The translations under genes were made by a program, and so were the position numbers. 17,371 bases of DNA from NCBI GenBank assembly GCA_913020725.1, contig CAJWCD010000079.1, positions 1 to 17,371 on the forward strand, written 5' to 3'. The stretch comes from an uncultured Pseudomonadota bacterium. Its GTDB lineage: Bacteria > SAR324 > NAC60-12. This document shows, one piece after another, positions 1 through 8,106 of the stretch (the first letter of the stretch is position 1; the number at the start of each line of letters is the position of its first letter). The notes beneath the pieces were generated by a model. It saw only the letters and a list, made by a program, of their open reading frames with translations, was not told the origin of the DNA and did no database searches.

Positions 1-419
1 GCAAGTTCATCGGCGCGGTCGTTCTCCGGATGCCCGGCGTGGCCCTTCACCCAACGCCAGTTGACCTCGTGCTGGCGATCCAGTTTGAGCAGAGCTTGCC
101 ACAAGTCTTGATTGGCGACAGGCTTGCCGCCTTTCGTTTTCCAGCGTTTGCGCTGCCAGTTTTCCAGCCAGCCCTGCTCGAAGGCGTTCTTGAGGTACAT
201 CGAATCGGTGTACAACTCCACACGGCACGGTTGTTTGAGAGCGGTGAGTGCATGGATCGCAGCGGTCAGTTCCATGCGGTTGTTGGTGGAATCAAATTCC
301 GAACCGGAAAGCTCGCGGCGATGGTCGTGTGCGTGGGAGATCAACACTGCGCCCCAGCCCCCGGTTCCGGGATTCGGGGAGCACGCGCCATCGGTGTAGA
401 TTTCAATCTGTGGTTTCAT
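1..419 (-). CDS. rnhA: Ribonuclease HI (3' end runs off the window)
   Basis: Not in the ORF track. Manual minus-strand translation from ATG at 419 gives [26 protein letters not shown]...[12 protein letters not shown]...ELYTDSMYL...W...KPVANQDLW...[20 protein letters not shown]. All RNase HI motifs are present ([22 protein letters not shown], NxxAD). Confidence 0.97.
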   Translation of the reverse strand, partial: MKPQIEIYTDGACSPNPGTGGWGAVLISHAHDHRRELSGSEFDSTNNRMELTAAIHALTALKQPCRVELYTDSMYLKNAFEQGWLENWQRKRWKTKGGKPVANQDLWQALLKLDRQHEVNWRWVKGHAGHPENDRADEL

Positions 420-422
420 GGA

Positions 423-451
423 TTGCCTTGTGCGTCGTTTATCCTTAGCAT
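423..451 (+). promoter_or_regulatory. Putative sigma70 promoter for the plus-strand gene run
   Basis: TTGCCT (423-428), a 17-nt spacer and TAGCAT (446-451) lie in the 68-bp divergent intergenic gap. This is a motif match only. Confidence 0.45.
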
Positions 452-481
452 CATTGAAAACGCTTCGGCAAGCACAAGGCA
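424..481. repeat. Perfect 10-bp inverted repeat TGCCTTGTGC / GCACAAGGCA with a 38-nt spacer
   Basis: Arms at 424-433 and 472-481 read directly from the sequence. Each arm lies just upstream of one of the two divergent start codons. Confidence 0.8.
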
Positions 482-487
482 GATTCT

Positions 488-820
488 GTGAACTACTACC
501 GACAGCACGGCACTTGGATCTACATTGATCCGGACGAGCAGCGCATCGAGTTGATCGAGGAGGCGATTGATCTGGAAACGCTCTGCGAACTGCTGCGCTG
601 CGATGCGACCGACTTAGTGCAGCTCACTGGCGACTACCATGCTTACATTGATGGCGAGGGCGAGTTGCAGGAACGGCAGACTGAGTGGGATTTCAACGGC
701 AACCCCTGCTGGGGACCAATCCTGATTTTCCGGCTCAACGAGGAAGAGGAACGCATGGATTTCTGCACTGAAGCCGATCTTGAGCAATTTGAACCCGTTG
801 TGCATTTCGACAACAACTGA
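488..820 (+). CDS. Small, very acidic hypothetical protein (possibly DUF3846-like)
   Basis: 110-aa ORF with a GTG start preceded by AAGG, filling the gap before acuI. The pattern LETLCELL...YIDGEGEL...GPILIF...EEE resembles DUF3846 proteins from memory; not verified. Confidence 0.75.
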   Translation: MNYYRQHGTWIYIDPDEQRIELIEEAIDLETLCELLRCDATDLVQLTGDYHAYIDGEGELQERQTEWDFNGNPCWGPILIFRLNEEEERMDFCTEADLEQFEPVVHFDNN

Positions 821-850
821 ACCCGCATTCAACATCCTCAACCCACAGCC

Positions 851-1852
851 ATGACCGATTCCACGTTCCGCGCACTTGTCATCACCGAACACCCCGAAAA
901 GGCCTTCAAGCGCACCATCGAAGAGCGGCGCATCAGCGACCTTCCGGAAGGCGAAGTGCTGGTTCGCGTTCACTACTCCTCGCTCAACTACAAGGACGGG
1001 TTGTCCTCCATCGGCAATCGTGGAGTCACGCGCAAATACCCGCACACGCCGGGGATTGACGCCTCCGGAATCGTGGAATCGAGCGCATCCGACGCATTCA
1101 AATCCGGAGACGAAGTGATCGTCACCAGCTACGATTTGGGCATGAACACTTCCGGGGGTTACGGGCAGTACATCCGGGTGCCTGCTGCATGGGTGGTTCC
1201 GCTTCCAGAAGGGCTCACGCTCAAGGAGGCCATGGCTTATGGCACCGCAGGTTACACCGCAGCACTCGCCGTGGACGCGCTGCTCAAAAACGGGATCACG
1301 CCAGAGCAGGGCGGCGTGGTGGTCACGGGATCCACAGGTGGCGTCGGCAGTGTCTCGGTCGCCCTGCTCGCCAAGCTCGGCTTCGAGGTGACGGCGGCCA
1401 CCGGAAAGCCGGACGAGGCGGCCTTTCTGAAAATGCTTGGCGCCTCCGGAATCGTCTCCCGCGAGGATGTCAATGATGAATCCGGAAAACCGATCCTCAA
1501 ACCACAATGGATTGGTGCTGTGGACACGGTGGGAGGCGCCACGCTGGCAACGCTGCTCAAGTCGCTGGACCGAGGTGGGGCGGCGGCGGCGACTGGATTG
1601 GTCGCATCTCCCGACTTGCCAACCAGCGTGTTTCCCTTTATCCTACGCGGTGTCTCTTTGTTGGGGATTGATTCGGGGGAAACCCCGATGGCGTTGCGTC
1701 AAGCAATCTGGGGAAGACTCGCCGGAGACTGGAAACTGCCGCAACTCGATGCGCTCATGGTGGATTGCACGCTGGACACGCTGGGTCCAGAGATCGACAA
1801 GATTCTGAAAGGTCAGCAGCGCGGTCGCGTGGTCGTGGACCTTGAGAGCTGA
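851..1852 (+). CDS. acuI: YhdH/AcuI-family acryloyl-CoA reductase (zinc-free MDR, quinone oxidoreductase-like)
   Basis: Family motifs VHYSSLNYKDGL, PGIDASG, GTAGYTAAL, VTGSTGGVGS, AVDTVGG, VFPFILRGVSLLGIDS and the C-terminal GRVVVDL. Confidence 0.92.
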   Translation: MTDSTFRALVITEHPEKAFKRTIEERRISDLPEGEVLVRVHYSSLNYKDGLSSIGNRGVTRKYPHTPGIDASGIVESSASDAFKSGDEVIVTSYDLGMNTSGGYGQYIRVPAAWVVPLPEGLTLKEAMAYGTAGYTAALAVDALLKNGITPEQGGVVVTGSTGGVGSVSVALLAKLGFEVTAATGKPDEAAFLKMLGASGIVSREDVNDESGKPILKPQWIGAVDTVGGATLATLLKSLDRGGAAAATGLVASPDLPTSVFPFILRGVSLLGIDSGETPMALRQAIWGRLAGDWKLPQLDALMVDCTLDTLGPEIDKILKGQQRGRVVVDLES

Positions 1853-1884
1853 ACCCGTCCGCAGCTTAGATAGATTTTCTCGAC

Positions 1885-2124
1885 ATGCAGGAAGGCTTGC
1901 CCCTCGACGACGTGAAGCGCAAACTCCGGGTGGAGCAGGCGGTTCGGGACTTCCTGCATGTACTCGATCACCATGAGCTTGAACTCGAAGAGGGGCTGGT
2001 GGCGTGGAATATGCTGGGATTTACCATGTTTCAGGAGCAACTCCCGGACGCAACCCACGAAGAAATCCAACAGCGCATGATGCAGTACTCCCAAAACCTG
2101 TTCAACTCCGCACGCCCAGCTTGA
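1885..2124 (+). CDS. Hypothetical 79-aa helical protein
   Basis: ATG start and GC-biased codon usage matching its neighbours. It fills the gap between acuI and the barrel gene, and its stop overlaps the next TTG start (TTGA at 2121-2124). Confidence 0.7.
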   Translation: MQEGLPLDDVKRKLRVEQAVRDFLHVLDHHELELEEGLVAWNMLGFTMFQEQLPDATHEEIQQRMMQYSQNLFNSARPA

Positions 2125-3218
2125 CCTTGACCAAACGATTTTTTCAGCGCGTCACCGTTGGCCTGTGCTGGCTCGTCGCACTAAGCGGAACCGTCGGATC
2201 CGTGCAGGCGGGGGAGTATGCCGCCCTGCGTGAAAGCCTGCGCGCCCGTAGCATGGGCGGTGCCTTCACGGCGGTTGCCAACGATGAATACTCCCTCTTT
2301 TACAATCCTGCCGGATTGCGCTCAGTTTATTACAACATCTTCACGTTAGTTGGAGCGAGCTTTACTGTTAATAAAACGACTGAGGACTTTAGCAAGGAGT
2401 CCAATGCCAGCAGTGCCCTAAGCTCTTACTCCGGAAAAAAACTTTACCTAGAGCCGATAGACCTCGGCCTCTTGAGTTTTGTGAATTCAAGGTTTGGTTG
2501 GTCGTTTTTTGGAAACAGCGTCTTTGATTTCAGTATTGATTCGATCTCCGCTTCCAACGTGGATGCCACGTTTAAAGCTTACGTCCAGCGTGGTGGAGTC
2601 CTCGGAGCAGCTTGGAGTTTTCTGGATCACCAGCTCGATTTTGGGATCAGTGGAAAGATCGCGAATCGGAACGGAGCCGAGACAACAGTCACCGTGACCG
2701 AGCAGGCGATCATTGATGCCTATGTTTCACAAAACACAGCGGCTCTGGAAAATTCGGTTAAAACCAGTTACGACAAAAAAACCGCCTACTCTGCGGATGT
2801 TGGAGTTGTGTATCATCTGGAATCCTTTTACACGCTTTCTCCAAAACTGGCACTGAGCTACCTCGGCGGACTCGACTTCGGAGGGGCAGGCAAGATTCCC
2901 GGAACTCTCAATTTTGGAGCAGCGACCGAATCAGAGTTCAGCGGGATTGACATCATCATGGCCGCTGATTATGTGGACCTGCTAGACGCGCAGAAGCTCA
3001 CGGGTTCAAAGCTGCGGCTTGGCTTTGAACTGGGAGTAGAAAAACTCAACAACGGCCACCACATCGCGTCTTTCCGGATTGGGCACAACGGTTATTTGAG
3101 CAGTGGGATTTCCCTCAATCTCTGGAAACTCAAGATTGATTATGCCCAATACTCGCAAACCATCAGTAGTGGTTTGGAGGACAAACGCAAAAGCTTAGGG
3201 TTCAGCCTTGTCTTCTAA
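2121..3218 (+). CDS. Outer-membrane beta-barrel protein, TraF-like/FadL-PorV-superfamily-like
   Basis: Start moved from 2004 to the in-frame TTG at 2121. There is a signal peptide (KRFFQRVTVGLCWLVALSGTVGSVQA) and the N-terminal hatch-type motif RSMGGAFTAVANDEYSLFYNPAGL. Amphipathic beta-strand patterns follow, ending in SLGFSLVF with a terminal Phe (BAM signal). Confidence 0.85.
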   Translation: MTLTKRFFQRVTVGLCWLVALSGTVGSVQAGEYAALRESLRARSMGGAFTAVANDEYSLFYNPAGLRSVYYNIFTLVGASFTVNKTTEDFSKESNASSALSSYSGKKLYLEPIDLGLLSFVNSRFGWSFFGNSVFDFSIDSISASNVDATFKAYVQRGGVLGAAWSFLDHQLDFGISGKIANRNGAETTVTVTEQAIIDAYVSQNTAALENSVKTSYDKKTAYSADVGVVYHLESFYTLSPKLALSYLGGLDFGGAGKIPGTLNFGAATESEFSGIDIIMAADYVDLLDAQKLTGSKLRLGFELGVEKLNNGHHIASFRIGHNGYLSSGISLNLWKLKIDYAQYSQTISSGLEDKRKSLGFSLVF

Positions 3219-3219
3219 G

Positions 3220-4857
3220 ATGAAAAAACGTGTCATGATTCTCCGTCTGTTCGCTTTGGCCGTCGGCGTCCTGCTGGTCGCGGGTTGCACCACACAGGGT
3301 CGTCGGACGGCCCTCACTTTTGAGCGCAGCTTCTTCTATGAAGAGTTGTACGACTCAATGGAGCAGCTCAAATATTACGGCTACGACGAGTCGGTCCAGC
3401 AAAGCATGAGTGTCCTCAAAACCGTGCGTTGGGTTTCCAAATACGAACAAGAGCCGGGCAAGCGCGAACTCGCCGTGCGGGCACTGGTGTTCCTCGCCTT
3501 CTCCAGCGATGACGGAGATGTCCGGGCTCGTGCCGAGTCTCGACTGGAGGCGATTCTGGAGGATAACGACTGGCCGCTGCATCTGAAGATGGCGGTGCTG
3601 GACGGCATCATTGACCTCGCCAACGGCTCCAACGGCTTTCCGGAAGAGTACGACGATCTGATCACGAACTTCGGAGTGGTCAGCGGTGAGCGGGAGGATG
3701 CGCTCGAATTTCTGCTGGACCAATTTGAAGACCTCGCTCCCGAACTCCAGTACCATGCTGCCAGCGGCCTCCATCGTTTTTTGCGACAGTCGGTTGCTTT
3801 GGAAAGTTGCCCGGTGAATATTTGCGACATCGACATTCGCATTGATGTGGAAACTTGGGAAAAGGGCAAGGAGGTGCAGCCGATTGTGCCGTCCAACGCC
3901 GATCCCAACGCTGTGGCCGCAGGCGCCTACGGCGAGGCCGAATGGAAGCCGATCTCCGAAAAACTCGACTGGCAGGAGGAACTGGATGATCTCAAGTTTC
4001 TCGTCTGGGAGGAATTGGAGGACATTTTTAAGGAAACCGACGATGTGCCGCTGCTTGTCCGGCAGCGCCTCGCCCGCTTCATCGGGGAGATCGAACAGTT
4101 CTCCTTGAACGAAGAAATGGCGCAGTCCTTCCAAGACCGGGTGGACGAGTGGATTCCCAACGAATCCATCAGCATCGAAGTCCGGGATTTGATGCGTGAC
4201 GGACGCGAGCGTGTCAGCACTTACGGAGCAGAATTGGACACTCCGGCCAAGTTCAGCAAAACCCAACTCCGGGAGTTGCCCCAACGTAATGTGGGCTTTC
4301 TCGAAATCCACCTTGCGGCGCTTCTCAAAAGTCAGCACAACCGTCAGCGTAGCGGCTTGCGTGCTGGACCTCCGGAGCTTTCGGCACTCGCATTTTCGGG
4401 GTTTGACGACTCTGCTAGTGGACTGATCCGGCATGAGGTCATCTGGCGGACACTGTCTGAGGCGCTGGAAGCCGGACTCGTGATCGAGGATGCCGGGGTG
4501 GATTCAAAAGCGTTGCGGATGCTGCGGCAAGTCGAGGATCGCACCCAAGTGGCCGAGGATGCCGAACTGACGGAAACACACCTTGCGGCTCGCATGGCGC
4601 TTCAGCCCCTGCTGGAGTTGATCGGAAATCTCTACCCTTCTCTTAAGCAGCGTCGGCAGGATCCGGCACCCTTGCTGGAGGGACTGGGTGGTAGTGCGGC
4701 TCAGGCGTCCCGCATTGCTGATCAACGGCGCTACCTTGAGGTGCTTGCTGCTGGAGCAAAAACTTTCCCGGAGGACACCTACACGGTCTCGGAAAGCTTG
4801 ACCATGGAGATGGACCTCATCATTCGACATCGGCTGACCACCGCCATGGAGCTTTGA
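3220..4857 (+). CDS. Large acidic hypothetical lipoprotein, probably alpha-helical/HEAT-like
   Basis: ATG at 3220, one nt after the barrel stop. MKKR and a hydrophobic stretch precede the lipobox LVAG-C (Cys codon 3286-3288), with Thr at +2. RELAVRALVFLAFSSDDGDVRARAESRL looks HEAT-like. No family recognised. Confidence 0.85.
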   Translation: MKKRVMILRLFALAVGVLLVAGCTTQGRRTALTFERSFFYEELYDSMEQLKYYGYDESVQQSMSVLKTVRWVSKYEQEPGKRELAVRALVFLAFSSDDGDVRARAESRLEAILEDNDWPLHLKMAVLDGIIDLANGSNGFPEEYDDLITNFGVVSGEREDALEFLLDQFEDLAPELQYHAASGLHRFLRQSVALESCPVNICDIDIRIDVETWEKGKEVQPIVPSNADPNAVAAGAYGEAEWKPISEKLDWQEELDDLKFLVWEELEDIFKETDDVPLLVRQRLARFIGEIEQFSLNEEMAQSFQDRVDEWIPNESISIEVRDLMRDGRERVSTYGAELDTPAKFSKTQLRELPQRNVGFLEIHLAALLKSQHNRQRSGLRAGPPELSALAFSGFDDSASGLIRHEVIWRTLSEALEAGLVIEDAGVDSKALRMLRQVEDRTQVAEDAELTETHLAARMALQPLLELIGNLYPSLKQRRQDPAPLLEGLGGSAAQASRIADQRRYLEVLAAGAKTFPEDTYTVSESLTMEMDLIIRHRLTTAMEL

Positions 4858-6245
4858 CCCGCCGATACCATCAGACTCATCCTGTGAGATCAAGAGGCCG
4901 ACTGTTGGCCAGTGGCTTGCTCACGCTTTTCCTGTTCCTGCCTTTTTCCGCGTTTTCCGCCAGCTTTGTGTTCTCCGGAGACCTCCGGGGTGAAATCAAG
5001 CCGTGTGGTTGTGCGGAGGAAGGAGACATGGGGGGATTGTTGCGACGGGCGACGGCGCTTCGTGAGCAGCGCACCACCAGCCCGGAGTTGGCTTACCTCG
5101 ATCTCGGTAATAATTTTCCAGAGCCTTCCGAGCAGGGCAACCTGAAGGTTAGGCTCATCCACACGGCTCTCCGACAATTCCAACCTGCCGCTATCCTTGT
5201 TGGTCCCAACGAGTGGGCCTCTGGCCTCAACACGCTCGCTCCGGAACTTCCCTACTTGCTCAGCAACCAGTCTGAAAACTTGCCATTTCTACCTCTGAAA
5301 CGGATCGAGCAACAAGGTCGGCACAACGAAATCCGGGGCTTTCTTTCTCCTAGCTTGGTCTATCAGAACGAGAACGGTCCGCCACTCGTGAAAACCGCAG
5401 AGGCGGTGATTCCGGAATGGAAAACCGCCTTGGCGAACTCCAAGCCAGATTGGTCGATTCTGCTCTTCCGGGGGACGGATACGGAACTGGAGGCGTTTCA
5501 GCACAGCAAGCTGTTTGATCTCATTGTTTCCGGCAGCACCAACGATGACGAACTTCAGCAGGTGATGGTCCGCAAGACAGAGCTTGGCGAAGTCCCGATG
5601 ATTCCAACCAAAGGACAGGGATTGGTTTCCGGAACGTGGGATGCGCAAGCGCAGAAGTTGCGTTCGTCCGGGGAAGTGTCACTTCCAGCAGGGCTTTCCG
5701 TGGACTGGCTGCGGCGCAATGTTCTGGACGACCCAGAGTTGCTGCCCGCGTTTCAAGTGTATGACGCGGAGGTCAAGGAACTCTTCTTCACGAACCTCGA
5801 CCGCATGGACAAGCAGCAAGAGAAATCTCCCTTCGTGGGTGCCGCTCTGTGTCAAGGTTGCCATGCTGAAGCTTTCTCGATTTGGAAGAACAGCCGCCAC
5901 GGCCATGCCTTTGCCACGCTAGAAACCAAGGGCAAGCACTTTGATCCGGAGTGCTTGGAGTGTCATGTTGTGGGTCTCAAACCGTGGAAGCCGCCGCTCA
6001 ATTCGGTTTCTCCCGCGCTGCAATCGTTTGTCGGGCGCACCGGATTTCTAAGTCCGCAACTCACACCGCAGCTGCTGAACGTGCAGTGTGAGAACTGTCA
6101 TGGCCCCGCCCGTGTGCATCTTGCCAACCCCGTTACGGAAAAACCTCCGCACCCTGCCCGTGAAGCCTGCACGACTTGTCACGTCGGCAGTCACTCACCC
6201 AGCTTCAACTTCGAGAGCTACTGGCCGAAAATCCGGCACAAGTAA
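4854..6245 (+). CDS. Exported tetraheme c-type cytochrome (c554-like) fused to an N-terminal UshA/metallophosphoesterase-like domain with a CGC motif
   Basis: Signal peptide ends in AFSA, followed by SGDLRGEIKPCGC...MGGLLRRA...DLGNNF...VGPNE. Four CxxCH motifs: CQGCH (5850-5864), CLECH (5952-5966), CENCH (6087-6101) and CTTCH (6168-6182). The start could be TTG 4854 or GTG 4884. Confidence 0.9.
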   Translation: MTRRYHQTHPVRSRGRLLASGLLTLFLFLPFSAFSASFVFSGDLRGEIKPCGCAEEGDMGGLLRRATALREQRTTSPELAYLDLGNNFPEPSEQGNLKVRLIHTALRQFQPAAILVGPNEWASGLNTLAPELPYLLSNQSENLPFLPLKRIEQQGRHNEIRGFLSPSLVYQNENGPPLVKTAEAVIPEWKTALANSKPDWSILLFRGTDTELEAFQHSKLFDLIVSGSTNDDELQQVMVRKTELGEVPMIPTKGQGLVSGTWDAQAQKLRSSGEVSLPAGLSVDWLRRNVLDDPELLPAFQVYDAEVKELFFTNLDRMDKQQEKSPFVGAALCQGCHAEAFSIWKNSRHGHAFATLETKGKHFDPECLECHVVGLKPWKPPLNSVSPALQSFVGRTGFLSPQLTPQLLNVQCENCHGPARVHLANPVTEKPPHPAREACTTCHVGSHSPSFNFESYWPKIRHK

Positions 6246-6258
6246 CTGCGGATTCCAG

Positions 6259-7131
6259 CTACCCCATCCAGCGGTCGCGGGACTCCTTGGCGTTTTGCAG
6301 GAGTTTGAGGATGCGGTCGCGGTCGCCAGAGATGATGGCAGCGGTGAGAGTGTCGAGGGTTGCTCGGAAAACCCGGACGCGGTCGAGCAGGAGGGTTGGG
6401 TTGTCGAGAAAAATATCCGCCCACATTTCCGGGGAGGAGGAGGCGATGCGTGAGAAATCCTTGAGGCCGCCTCCAGAGTAAGCGAGGGCTTCGGGGTGGT
6501 CGCTGCGCACAATCGCGTCAATGCTGGCGTAGGCGAGCAAGTGGGGCAAGTGGCTGACCGCCGCAAAAATCTGGTCGTGCGCCGAGGCTGCCATTTCCAG
6601 CACCTCCGCACCGAGCGCGGTCCAAAGATTCCGAACCCGATCTGCCACGGCGGATTTCGTCTGTGCTTCCGGAGTGAGGATGAAACGCTTGCCACAGAAC
6701 AGTTCTGGAATCGCAGCTTCCGGCCCAAAACGTTCTCCGCCTGCAATCGGATGCCCGCCCACAAAACAAACCTCCGAAAACTTCGCATTCCGCATTGCCT
6801 TCAACAGCGGACTCTTGACGCTGCCGGTGTCTGTGAGGATCGCTTTGGGATTCCAGAAGGGCAAAAGCTGCGCAGCAACGTTTGGCAAGGCACGGACCGG
6901 CACCGCCAGCAGCACGAGTTCTGCTGTCCGGAGGGATTCGTCTAAATCGGGAGACGCAGTATCCACCAATCCAAGTTCCAGCGCTTGAGCGCAGTGGTCC
7001 GGATTCTGGTCGTAGCCAATGATTTTTTGAGCGAGTCCGAGACGTTTGACATCCAAGGCGAAGGAGCCGCCGATCAGGCCAAGCCCAACGACGGCAAGAG
7101 TCCGGAAGGGGCGAAAGCCGGCCTCCGCCAT
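6259..7131 (-). CDS. tyrA: Prephenate/cyclohexadienyl dehydrogenase (TyrA family)
   Basis: Motifs GLGLIGGS, TDTGSVK, FVGGHPIAG, HDQIFAAVSHLPHLLA and GLKDFSRIASSSPEMWADIF. Confidence 0.96.
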   Translation of the reverse strand: MAEAGFRPFRTLAVVGLGLIGGSFALDVKRLGLAQKIIGYDQNPDHCAQALELGLVDTASPDLDESLRTAELVLLAVPVRALPNVAAQLLPFWNPKAILTDTGSVKSPLLKAMRNAKFSEVCFVGGHPIAGGERFGPEAAIPELFCGKRFILTPEAQTKSAVADRVRNLWTALGAEVLEMAASAHDQIFAAVSHLPHLLAYASIDAIVRSDHPEALAYSGGGLKDFSRIASSSPEMWADIFLDNPTLLLDRVRVFRATLDTLTAAIISGDRDRILKLLQNAKESRDRWMG

Positions 7132-7143
7132 TGGCTCCGCGAT

Positions 7144-8100
7144 TCAGGAGGCTTGCTGTTCCGGCGCCGGAGCTTTGCTCTCGGCGTTTGCGGAACGAGG
7201 GCGCTGTCCCTTGTTGAGCCGCAGGACGAGCGGACTGGCGACGTAGATGGAAGAGTAGGTTCCGATCAGAACTCCCACCAGCAGGGCGAAGGCAAAGTCA
7301 AAGATGATTTCGCCACCCAGCACGAGCAGGGCGGTCACCACGAGCAAGGTGGTCCCGGAGGTGATCAGGGTGCGGCTGAGCGTTTCTGTGATGCTGAGGT
7401 TCATCACCCACTCCAGCGCCTGCTTGCGGAAGCGTCCTTGATTTTCGCGGATGCGGTCGAAGACAACGATGGTGTCGTTGAGCGAGTAGCCCACCACGGT
7501 CAACAGTGCTGCCACAACCGAGAGTGTGAATTCCTTGTCTAGCAATGAGAACACGGAGACAACGACCAGCACGTCGTGAAGCAGCGTGAGGATCGCGCTC
7601 ACGCCTTGACGCCACTCGAAGCGGAAGGTGACGTAGAGCAGAATCAATCCGAGTGCCACGACAATCGCGAGCAGCGCGTTTTCTTTGAGTTCATCGCCAA
7701 CACGCGGTCCCACGGTTTCGATGCGGCGAATTTCCAGACCCGGGTACTGAGTGCCAAGCACGCCCCGCAGTTTGGCGGTCAAATCCTCGCCTGTCCCTAG
7801 GGCGCTGTCCACTGGAAGGCCGAGCAGGATTTCGTGTTCCTCCTCACTCCCGAAGGTTTGCAGGACAACGTTGCCGAGGTCCTGTTCCTTGAAGAGTCCA
7901 CGCAGGCTGTCAAGGTCCACGGCATCGGCGAAGCGGATTTGCACATTGGTGCCACCCCGGAAGTCAATGCCGTAGTTGAGTCCGCCGTGGGTGATCACAG
8001 AAACAAATCCGGCAATGAGAATCACTGCGGAAAAGATGATCGTGAAGCGGCGTTTGCCGAGGAAGTCGATGGAGTGTGGAGTGTCCGTGGTTGGTTTCAT
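7144..8100 (-). CDS. secF: Protein translocase subunit SecF
   Basis: Motifs GLNYGIDFRGG, ETVGPRVGDEL, GYSLNDTIVVFDRIREN, TLSRTLITSGTT and GTYSSIYVA. Confidence 0.98.
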   Translation of the reverse strand: MKPTTDTPHSIDFLGKRRFTIIFSAVILIAGFVSVITHGGLNYGIDFRGGTNVQIRFADAVDLDSLRGLFKEQDLGNVVLQTFGSEEEHEILLGLPVDSALGTGEDLTAKLRGVLGTQYPGLEIRRIETVGPRVGDELKENALLAIVVALGLILLYVTFRFEWRQGVSAILTLLHDVLVVVSVFSLLDKEFTLSVVAALLTVVGYSLNDTIVVFDRIRENQGRFRKQALEWVMNLSITETLSRTLITSGTTLLVVTALLVLGGEIIFDFAFALLVGVLIGTYSSIYVASPLVLRLNKGQRPRSANAESKAPAPEQQAS

Positions 8101-8106
8101 GAAGCC

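Noticed and set aside
30..491. 153-aa plus-strand ORF and other short ORFs over 1-491
   Set aside because: They are shadows of rnhA, whose full motif set is on the minus strand.
2004..2120. N-terminal extension of the barrel ORF from GTG 2004
   Set aside because: It overlaps the 79-aa gene and buries the signal peptide. TTG 2121 gives a TTGA overlap and a normal signal sequence.
2121..3218. Conjugative element suggested by the TraF-like barrel
   Set aside because: No other tra/T4SS, relaxase or integrase genes are present, and such barrels are commonly chromosomal.
3355..4434. Long antisense ORFs (also 614-1507, 10337-11179, 11500-12519, 14591-15334)
   Set aside because: They lie opposite well-supported genes in GC-rich DNA, have no recognisable motifs, and are typical stop-poor shadow frames.
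4854..4880. Possible Tat signal (TRRYH) on the cytochrome
   Set aside because: It lacks the RRxFLK consensus, c-type cytochromes normally use Sec, and the true start may be GTG 4884, downstream of the RR.
5004..5012. Selenocysteine recoding at the CGC motif
   Set aside because: Both codons are TGT, so there is no in-frame TGA.
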